From positions 4,159,895 through 4,204,518 of the forward strand of contig MU058844.1 in NCBI GenBank assembly GCA_013265495.1: DNA of 44,624 bases. The letters are read 5' to 3'. The position numbers and the translations under genes were made by a program. The DNA is from Vicugna vicugna (Eukaryota). Each line of letters begins with the position of its first letter. Positions within the stretch are counted from its first letter, which is position 1. The notes under the pieces are model-generated. The model did not search any database and was not told the DNA's origin. It saw nothing but the letters and a program-made list of their open reading frames with translations. Positions 35,632-44,624 of this stretch are shown here, one piece after another.

Positions 35632-36668
35632 GTATTTTGCTTTACTACATGCGGGCATGGGTAAGCCTGGCCCTGCCATTTCACATACTGGGTACCCACT
35701 CAGAACATCTCGAAGAAGGTGTTTCACTCTCATAATGGCAGTTCCCAACTGGTGTCTTCTAAGTCTTTATCTACATTTCTGATCTCTCACTGTCTCTTCA
35801 GTCCTCCACCTCCATTTCCCTGTGAAATACCTTCACATAACTATGCTCCTGACCCTTCTTGGGGCGTAATCGCTGCTCTGTTTCTTTAAGCAGTAGAATC
35901 TTGCTATCACATTCCTGCTCATGGACCTCGGGAGGCACGTTTGCTTGTTCTCCTTTTCCACACTGTTACCGAGACACACTCTTTGGGCCGTAGTCATTAT
36001 CTTCATCCATATCTTTATGATGTTTCGACTGAGTTGCTGCTCCAGAATCTTGCTTTTCCTCAGCCTTTCTAAACACCTGTGTCTCATTCTCCTTAAACCC
36101 CGTTCATAATATCACTTCCTACTCAAGATACTTTAAATGATTTTCTTTTGCATACTTCATATATTTGACTTCCCTCTGGCTTTCAGAGCCCTTAACTTTT
36201 CTCAACCTATTCAGTATTTTCTCCAAATCCAAATACAAGAATTGTTTCAAGATGCCTTTCCATTTATGGTAGCTGACCCTGATTACCATCATGCCCTGGT
36301 ACCAATACTTGGATTTTAAATCAATAGTTTCCATTTGGTATGTTACTTTCTCTTGTATCATGCTGTGTGTGTAAATACTTATAGTAAATGCATATAAGCA
36401 CTTTTAGCACGTGTATCTGCATACACATAGAGAAATCTTTAACTATTTGGGGAAACTCTGTTGAAGCAGATGAAGTCTGTCCTCTTCCCTGCAGTGATAT
36501 TATGAAGGTAAGCTTCCCACTCCATATCACAATCTTTTTCTACTGTATTTCTAGGTTTAACAAAAAAACAAAAACAAAAAGACCCCTGCCCTTTACAATG
36601 CCCAGATCATGGTGTCCTTCAGAAACTCTGTCTGAAAGCAAACACGCATTTTTCTTGTTGTTTTTCAG

Positions 36669-36708
36669 TATGTTGCAGGAAAAAGAGAGAGAGTTTCAAG
36701 AAGTGTAA
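36669..36708 (+). CDS. KITLG: KITLG exon 9, coding part with stop codon
   Basis: Acceptor tttcAG; (S)MLQEKEREFQEV then TAA at 36706-36708. Retains the sorting leucine (L264) and the C-terminal valine. Confidence 0.98.
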
Positions 36709-36745
36709 TTGTGGCTTGTATCAACACTGTTACTTTCGTACATTG
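36709..36745 (+). other. KITLG: KITLG exon 9, 3'UTR part
   Basis: 37 nt between the stop and donor TTG|GTAAGT at 36746. Confidence 0.93.
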
Positions 36746-38429
36746 GTAAGTTTTTAGAGTTTAAGTTAAAAGATTTAACAAGAATGCTACAGCATGGTAG
36801 ATGCCAAAATTTATTGTCTTCTCTCAAGCTGATGTTAGCATGTCAGCTGAAGCTGTTACATAACTGAATTGTGCATTCTCAAGTTTTGAAAGGCAAGCAG
36901 TGTTAGTCCTGATTAGTGGATTCATCTTGTGTGAGAGATACAAAACATTAATAGTTGCGTGTTTACTATTTTTGAGGCCAGGAAATAAATTAGACAAGGG
37001 GAACAGAGCAAAGTAGGACTAAAATAAAATATTATTAGTAGAGGAAGAGTAAATAAAACCAATTTCAGTTAGATGTGAGTACTATAACATGACAGGAAAA
37101 GTATCTCATGTGTTAAATGCTGAAACAAGTGAAATCCAAAAATATTTCCCTGCTATTTTAAAGAAAAGGAGAAAAGGTCAAAAATCCTTTACAGTCAGGA
37201 AAAGGAAATTATCAAGGTAGTGCCACCTGCCACATGACTGGTAATAGCTGGGCCTCATCACAGTCCAGAGCCTAGGACACACTGAATATAAACCAGGGAC
37301 AAACACCTGCTGTGACCATGTGGGTTCATGGAGGGCCTGGGGAGAAAGGAGACTTGGAAAACAAGACCAGACATGCTGATGTTTCTGTCTCTGCTGTCTA
37401 CTCTCTCAGCTCCCAAGCTGCAGGCATGGGGCAGGGAGCACCCTGAAAGGCACTAACCTCATCCAGCATCATTCATGCTCTTCCCATTTTCACTTCTGCC
37501 AGCTGGCTGTTAATTCTGTTCTGCCCATGGACCCCCGAGAGCATTCTTTGCAGTGGGGTTTGTGTGAGTGTGCTCGCATGTTCCCAAATCTTCAGTTCCT
37601 CCCTGCAGTCTCTTGTGGTCAGAGGATCATGCACATTCCTAGATTATTACAGACACAGTCTACGGGGAGCTTCGCCTTTTACTTACAAGTCACTGTCCTT
37701 TCAGCTTTCCTGCCTGTCCCAGATTTAGAGATTTCTCTCTAGATTGAATCTTTCCCAGGGAAACTGGGTCACAGAGTCTCTTATGTCCTGCAGGAACTTT
37801 TATCACATGTCATTTTTCAACAACCCAAAATAACACGATATAATAATAATGATGCCACATGTGTCTCTAACACGTTAGCCCTGCTGCTATGCGGACTTCT
37901 TTCTTCATTTGTGCTTTTAATCCTGCCCTTAATTTGATCGCCACGTCCAGAGCATGAATAGCACCCTCACTTTTTCCTGCTCACATCCCGGCTCTCTCTA
38001 GGCTCATGTTTTTTGTCAAGTACTGTAAATAAATACACCCTCCCCTTGACCCTTTCTTATTTTTAGGCACAGTATTCCCCAAACTGAAATCGTTATTTCT
38101 GGAAACATATTTCTCTGCCATTCAATCCCAGTGCAAAGCTACTGCTTCTTCCCTATCTGCCGTTTCAGTTCCCTTAAGCCAGACCTCCACCAACCACACA
38201 GTAAATGGTTAACTGAACCTGAAAGGCTCAAGTAATGTCCTCTGTCACTTGCTTTTGGATGACATTGCTGGGATCCTATTTTGGCACATAGGTCCTGTGG
38301 TGTTTAATTGTGACATTTGTTCAGTGACATTTGGAGAATGGATTATAATGGTAAAGCCCAGGGCACTTGTCTTGGAGGAAAGAAGATGGCATTTTAAAGC
38401 AACTGCAGTCAAGCACCTTACACATTTAT

Positions 38430-38570
38430 CTGCTAGTCAGGGAGCATTCAAGGACAGGAACTCTGGTTCTCAGCTGTGTCTCCTCACAAGCACCTCACTT
38501 GTTGCCTAAGTGTTGTCGGTATTCAATGTATGTCTATTGAACAAGTGACTGAGTGATTGAATGAATAAAT
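38430..38570 (+). mobile_element. L2 3' end
   Basis: gagcattcaaggacaggaactctg...tattcaatgtatgtctattgaacaagtgactgagtgattgaatgaataaat. Confidence 0.65.
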
Positions 38571-38649
38571 CCTATATGGAAATATAAGCAAGTGGTAAGG
38601 AGGATAGTTCTTTTGAAGTGGCCTTTTTTAAGGTCCTTTTTGTTTTACA

Positions 38650-38795
38650 AGACAAGTATGTTCTAGAGATCTGCTGTCGAGTGTTATGCTTAGAGTTAAA
38701 AAAAAAAGCTACATTGTGTACTTAAAAATGTGTGAAGAGGGTAGATAGGGTAAGTCTTGTGTTAAGTATTCTTACTGTAATAAAATAAGATGTTT
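38650..38795 (+). mobile_element. Old L1M 3' terminus
   Basis: gttctagagatctgctgt...acattgtgtacttaaaaatgtgtgaagagggtagat...tgttaagtattcttactgtAATAAAa. Confidence 0.75.
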
Positions 38796-40079
38796 TTAAA
38801 ACAATCTTTAAAAAAGTGAAATAGGCTTTATTTTTCTCTTATATATCTTGTATGTCTGTGTTTAATTTGCTGATTTTGGTCAACAGGACAGCAGAGTGTG
38901 TACAGCAAAGGGAAATACAGTCGTATGAAAAGTGATTAACTTATTTTTCTTAAAATATAAAGTATTACTCATGCAATTAAATGAATGAAATAAGTCAGGT
39001 TAGAGCAGCCCCAGATTATTTAGAAATAACTAACTCATCACACATCCTTGAGGAGTTCATGTGAAATGGGTGACCTTACCCGTCATCTCTGTGAAACTCT
39101 CTTGAAGCTCAGCTCAGAAACCGCCACCTCGAAACAGCTGACTTTCGTAACAAAAGTAATCCCTCTTCGATGGCCCTCTAATCATATTTTATATTCTGTT
39201 TCCTACAACACTAGTATGTGAGTGGGACATCACAGTTACAGAGGCACTGCGTGTCCTCTTCTAAACCATAAGCTTTTAGAGGCCAGGATTGGTTTCTGAA
39301 TTCCATTTTGGAATCCCACCAAACTATCATATAGTTTACGATTTCTGGCAAGGATGTCTCCCTGAAATGGAAGCTTCGTGAACTAAGACAAATCAGGACA
39401 AATGCTAAAGATACTAGAATAGAAAGCATGTGTAATACTGAGTTTTCCAAAGTATAACTGGAAAATGAAGAGGAGGGTTTGATACTTTAAGTACAAGGAA
39501 GGGATGTTGATAATAAATCAGACACAAAAAAAGTTGCTTCTAAGAGAAAATACACTAAAGCTGTGTTTAACAACAAACATGAGCGTATCTCTGCAAAAAG
39601 TAAAAATTTTACTTAGTCAACTAGCCAATGACAAGCATGCATATGTGGCATCCCACAGGAATTTTTCACTTGCTCGGCTGTGTGCAGCACAGTTTAAGAG
39701 AAAGAAAGAAAACACAGTAGCCACAGCAAAATGTTGCTCTTCATTCTTTCCACAAATAGGACTCCCAGCAAGTTCTAGTAGGTGCATTGTTGGTGCAAAA
39801 CTTAATATAACCCAGTTCTGTCCTCAGATTGCTTGTGACCTACAAAAGGAGATAAGACCTATGCAAAATAACCTATTTTAGACAAAAGGAGCTTTTGGTT
39901 AAAAAGTAACAAAAGGAGCTGACAGAGAAATGCAATGAGGAGTCAAAGGCAAGGCCACTGCAATGGCTGTACAGGATGTGCCCTCAACATAGCTCTAGAT
40001 AATAGCACGGAAGATCCCTTAGAATAGTACCATGTACGCACATATGCAATTGTCTTACTTGATGGGGAAGAGAAATCAA

Positions 40080-40860
40080 TAGCCAAAGGAGAAAGGCTTC
40101 TTCGTGCAGGTGATAGAGATGGCAGTTATAATGAGCTGAATCTTGGATGATTGGTAAAATTTTATACACAATAGGGAAGGGGTAATCCAGATACTGCAAA
40201 TGGCATAAACTAAATCAGGGAACCAAAAGCACAGACTGTATTCAAGTGTTTGTACAATTAGACTAGAGGAGGTCACACATAAAGCTAAGAAAGGATGGGA
40301 GTCAGTTTGAAACAGGGTCTGAGTTTCCACATACAGGGCTTACACTCTATTGAGTAATACAAGGAGCTGTTGGAGGGTCTAGAGAAGACGTGAGTAATAC
40401 GGTCAAAGCAGAGGTGTAGGAAAGTAATCAGACACTGGTGTGGCCAGACGGATGGGAGTGGTGAACTGCAGTCAGGGAGTCCACTTAGGAGGCCAGTCTT
40501 CCAAACAGATTCGAGAGTCACGACCTGAACTAGGGTCAGGGCCGTGGAAACAGGGAAGCATGGACCACTTTGGAGCCTTTGCAGTAAAAGAATCAACAGG
40601 TCCTAGGTACCGAGGGTACATGAGGCTCGACATCGCAGGCAGCACTCAGGGATGATTTGGAGTCTGTGGGACTAACCAGATGACAGTGCCTTTGGAAGAA
40701 AATGGGAGAAGGAGCTGTTAGTAAATATTGACCAGTGGCCAGATATGTTGGACGGGAACTTCAGAGAACAGTCAGGGTTGGAAATCATAAATTTGGGATT
40801 TGGGAGTCATCTGCCAAGAATTTTAATTGAGACCTTGAGAGAAGGACTACATAATCAGAG
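40080..40860 (-). mobile_element. L2 remnant
   Basis: Purine-rich antisense L2 motifs (tgagctgaatcttggatga; ggaaagtaatca; ggttggaaatcataaatttgg...gagtcatctgc). Confidence 0.55.
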
Positions 40861-41209
40861 AAAAGGCCCAGCTTGGTTGCCGGTAAATAGCATGAGTTTG
40901 CAGATACTCAGCAGTGTTTATGGACTCACCCCAGCGTAGAAATTGTAGAAGGTAATTCTTATTATAATTAGGCTGGTGGAGAGATTCAGAAAAGAAATAC
41001 AACCTTGAAGTTTCCAGTAGATCTAAGACGGAAGAAAGTAGATACTAGAATTGAACTAGAGATGAGCTGAAGTTACGCTTAGGCATTTATCATGCACGAC
41101 TTGGGGAATGGTTGATTACCAAATGGCAAGATCTGGGACTCTTGACCATATTTCCTAAGAATTTCTGGAGCTTTGAAGGGTTTGTTTTGGCGCTCTCTTC
41201 CTGGAGATA

Positions 41210-41405
41210 AATTGTGATGCAGAGGATCAGAAGGGATTTAGACTTGGGTTCAAACTCTGGCTCTGCAGCTTAGCTAACTGTATGTTCCTGGATGGGTCAG
41301 TTGTCTTTTAACCCCTGGTTTTTCAAATACAATGAGGGCAGAATACTCACCCTGCTTGTTTCATGGGGTGGTTGTAAGAATCTAGGGTATCATTATAAAA
41401 ATTGT
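41210..41405 (+). mobile_element. MIR SINE
   Basis: agacttgggttcaaactctggctctgca...ggttttttcaaatacaatgaggg...tcatggggtggttgtaagaat. Confidence 0.7.
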
Positions 41406-41780
41406 AGTTTTGTTCTGTGGGAAAACAGTTGTCAGCTTTTAAGTTTATTTTCTTTGCTAAATGACCCAAAGACAAAATCAGAATAACTTTCTAAATCTTG
41501 CTCCTCTAAGCTTAAGTTTAAAATTGCAAATTATTCATAGCTTTTAAAATATATATGTATATATTGCTCTTTTGTGATTCCCTTCTGCTTTTCTAACCAA
41601 GTTTATTTTAAAAATATTTACTATGTAATTTGACTTTCTGATGTTTTCTCTTAATGTCTCTTAATTTTTCCTTCAGGATTTAATTCTGCTTTCCTAGACA
41701 CAGGTTTTCTATTTTCTTGAGTTCTCCATTTGGTACACTGTCATGTAATATGATTCTTTGTGTATTATTGCATTTCATAT

Positions 41781-41890
41781 ATTTACATTTTTAGTACATT
41801 ACATTTAGTATATTACATTTAGAGAGTATACATATTTAGTATACTACATTTAGAGATTACATACACTTAGTATATATTAGAGTAATATCC
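41781..41890. repeat. Degenerate AT-rich minisatellite (about 14-nt unit containing TACATTTAG)
   Basis: agtacattacattt agtatattacattt agagagtatacatattt agtatactacattt agagattacatacactt agtatatatt. Confidence 0.8.
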
Positions 41891-43134
41891 ATTTAATATT
41901 ACTAGAAAAAATGCTGTACTTACCACTCATACTATACAATTTTATATGTAGCCTTTGTAATGATCTCAAACATTTTAAAACCAGCAATCTGCTATTCTGG
42001 GATTGATAAATAAAGACAAAAATAGAGAAAGAGTAATGAATAGGAAAGAAAAGAAATGCAAAATACATATTTATTTAGGGGCTGGGATTGAAGATAGCAT
42101 GAAGATAATTTTTATAATTTAAAAAAAAAAAAACTTCACCTGAAAGTTGAAAAAGCTGTGTCCACCGCTCAGTGGTTTAGCGCCAGCTTTGAAAAACTAA
42201 ACCTAAGTCTGGCTTTCATGCTTCAACAAGTACAATGAGCTGTACTGAGGCCAAGTGAACTTCCCCAGAGGCTTTGTCAGGATGTGGTGCCAGGGTTTCT
42301 GTCTTTCTTTCTTTGGCTGACAGCATGGAATGAGATCTTGCTGCTGCTACTTCCTCAGTTGGGAGAAGCAATTGCTAGAACCTGACTGGGCAGTCAAGAG
42401 ACAGGAGCTGCTCAGTGGCTCGGAGGCTGTCATATGTGGATGGCCTCCGCTCAGCTTCTCCACCTGCCCCAGATATCTCTTTCATGCTACTCCCTCAATC
42501 CCCACTTCTCTACTCTCCACAGTGCCACTGTTCTTCAAACCCTCTCCCCTCACCACCTGTCTATATCCTTTTCATAGCCTTGTTAGGGAAACTGAAGATT
42601 GATAACCCTCTTACCACAAATGGAGATAACTGTGGTGTGCCTGGGGGAGGCGGGTGTGGAAGCCACAGGGTATTCATTCATCCATTCTATGTTCAAGAAC
42701 TATTTCTTGAGTACAGGTGTCCCCCTCCAGCACTATCTGAAAGTAGAGCATTCCTAGGAAACCCTTCCTAAACCAAAATGGCTTCAAGCAAAGAAGCAAT
42801 GACCTGAGGACACATCCTGCTAACGGATGCACAAAACAAATCGAGAGACAGCACAGAAGCTCACAGACCCTGTTCAAAGCTACAGCGGCAGCTTGATGCT
42901 GAGATGCTGAGCGTGGTCCCGGGGAAAGGAGCTTGGCGGTGCCACTCCCACTGCTGGGGGGTGTGTGCTACCTCTGGAGGCTTACTGCAAAACAAACACT
43001 GAATGCTGTTTCATAAAAGCAAAAATCCTCTTTGGATTACTTTCATTTGCTGAAAACAAGCACTAATGTAGGTCCTTCATAAAAGCCAAGTGGTGTAAAC
43101 AGAACTTTGGAAAAGCAGAGGATACCCGTTTCTA

Positions 43135-43330
43135 CTTTGTGCCAGGCTCTGTTCTAGGTACAGACACCTTTCACTGGTGGAGTACAGCAGTGAAAAAGAT
43201 AGGCAAATCTCCGTGTCCTCAGGGAGCTCACATTCTACTGGGAGAAGACAGTAGCAGTAAGATCATTTCAGATAATGTAAAAGTTTACCAGGGAGAATAG
43301 AGAGTGACTGACTGATCACTGCATCTAGGA
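43135..43330 (-). mobile_element. L2 3' end, antisense
   Basis: tactttgtgccaggctctgttctaggtac...cagcagtgaaaaagataggcaaatctccgtgtcctcagggagctcacattctactgggaga. Confidence 0.8.
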
Positions 43331-43486
43331 GAAGACTGGTCAAGTTCTTCTAGGCTGTGCAAGTGAAGTATGCATTGTAAGCCTATGTTGTTCACTCTGT
43401 TGTCATATGAATTCAGCTACTGAGAATGAAAAGAAGGCAGGAAACAGAAATACGCTATAATCTCTCTTTTCTCCTTTCCTCTATAG

Positions 43487-44078
43487 GTGGGTAACAGTTC
43501 ATGTTTGCTTCATAAATGAAGCAGCTTTAAACAAATTCATATTCTGTCTGGAGTGACAGACCGCATCTTTATCTGTTCTTGCTACCCATGACTCTGTACG
43601 GATAATTCAGAAATTGGAGCAAAATATTTTACTGTGAAACTGGCACTGAATTAATCATCTGTAAAGAAGAACTTCCATGGAGCAGAACTCTATTTTTAAG
43701 GACCTGGGGGACTTGTGGTCTCAGTTAGAACTTGCAAGTGACCTTGGGAGAGAGAGCACGAGTCCCAGACTGCACCCACCATTTTGCATGCCTCCAGAAA
43801 CGTCTCATCGCTGAAAAACCACATAGCTTGATTTGACAGTTACAACCTGCAGTTCATAGTTATCTTGGTCCATGCCAGTAGATTTCAGCCTGGATAGTGG
43901 GGATTATTTTTTTTTTTATCAAAGGGATCTAGAAAAACAAAAACAGAAAAACCACTTGATTTGACAGTTACAACCTGCAGTTCATAGTTATCTTGGTCCA
44001 TGCCAGTAGATTTCAGCCTGGATAGTGGGGATTATTTTTTTTTTTATCAAAGGGATCTAGAAAAACAAAAAAAAAAAA
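43487..44078 (+). other. KITLG: KITLG exon 10 (non-coding terminal exon), recognisable portion of the 3'UTR
   Basis: Strong pyrimidine tract tctctcttttctcctttcctctatAG. The following GGTAACAGTTCATGTTTGCTTCATAAATGAAGCAGCTTTAAACAAATTCATATTCTGTCTGGAGTGACAGACC matches the mammalian KITLG 3'UTR as I recall it. 3' end not defined. Confidence 0.9.
43813..44071 (+). repeat. Tandem duplication in the KITLG 3'UTR (period 128 nt)
   Basis: 43827-43943 and 43955-44071 are identical over 117 nt, including the T11 run. Each is preceded by GAAAAACCAC (43813 and 43946); copy 2 lacks 5 nt after it. Confidence 0.97.
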
Positions 44079-44139
44079 CAAAGAACAACTGTGGTATTAA
44101 ATCTTTGTGGATATGGGCTTAGACATTACAGGTTTAAAA

Positions 44140-44624
44140 TTCCAGGTATAATATACGAAACACATTCTGTAAAAAATTCAAATTTAGAAGGACGGGGAGT
44201 AAAATGAGAAAAGTCCCCCTTTGTAGTCTCCATCCCAGCTGCGTTGCAACGGCCTCCCATCCGGTGTGTGGAAGTGCCTGTTGCCTACATTTCTGCTAAC
44301 ATTATTATCCTGTTTAAAAATATTAGTCCATAGACGGGCTTAAAACGTCTTACTGCTTCAGGTCGTGTTTGCTGGCTGCTGGATAAATGAAGCATCTTCT
44401 TGAGTGTCTATTAGTCTTCAGGATTTTTGTGAATTGCCTTTTTTTTTCTCTGGGACTGTTTTGTTTCTTCTTGAGTTAATTTTGGTAATCTGTGTTTTCC
44501 TAGAAAATTATCTGTTTTGCCTAGTTTACAAATCCATATATACAATTATGTCCTCTTTCTTGTTTCTAATTTGGAAGCCTTTTTTTTTTCCTTCCATGAT
44601 TAAATTTCCTGGAGATTCTACCTT
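44140..44624 (-). mobile_element. Ancient L1M-like fragments
   Basis: aaaattcaaa...aaaagtccccct; gcatcttcttgagtgtctattagtc...tgtgaattgcct; tttcttcttgagttaattttggtaatctgtgttttcctagaaaattatc resemble antisense old L1. Confidence 0.6.

Noticed and set aside
35632..35782. Intron 8 read-through ORF as an extended cytoplasmic tail
   Set aside because: Its stop lies far upstream of the exon 9-10 junction, so the transcript should be an NMD target unless polyadenylated in the intron; there is no evidence for that.
36388..36668. 106-aa ORF ending in the KITLG C-terminus as a longer exon 9
   Set aside because: The upstream part is intron with a clear pyrimidine tract and AG at 36667-36668; only the last 13 codons are KITLG.
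39504..39881. 125-aa sense ORF in intron 9
   Set aside because: No recognisable protein family or exon context.

Overview
Mammalian genomic DNA, AT-rich and CpG-poor. It carries exons 2-10 of KITLG (Kit ligand / stem cell factor) on the + strand; exon 1 (normally encoding MKKTQ) and the promoter lie outside the window. Eight coding exons with canonical GT-AG junctions (114+63+171+160+84+110+68+40 nt = 810 nt including the stop) splice into an intact frame. With the usual 15-nt exon 1 this gives a 274-aa precursor. Three tRNA-Ala-derived Vic-1-type SINEs, and no recognisable bovid or pig SINEs, point to a camelid. Introns hold ordinary repeats (MIR, L2, L1, MLT1, hAT, Tigger), including two truncated L1s with perfect target-site duplications. 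I found no convincing novel gene system; nearly all ORFs in the supplied track are noise or read-through of KITLG exons. The best leads are: (1) a perfect 117-nt tandem duplication in the 3'UTR, after which similarity to the KITLG 3'UTR as I recall it stops, which is either a real rearrangement or a misassembly; (2) a 3' exon layout in which all three frames of exon 9 avoid NMD, plus a competing donor after exon 8, allowing alternative cytoplasmic tails; (3) a triple RBFOX motif cluster after cassette exon 6. Repeat subfamily names and cross-species comparisons are from memory and need database confirmation; repeat boundaries are approximate unless TSDs or TIRs are given.
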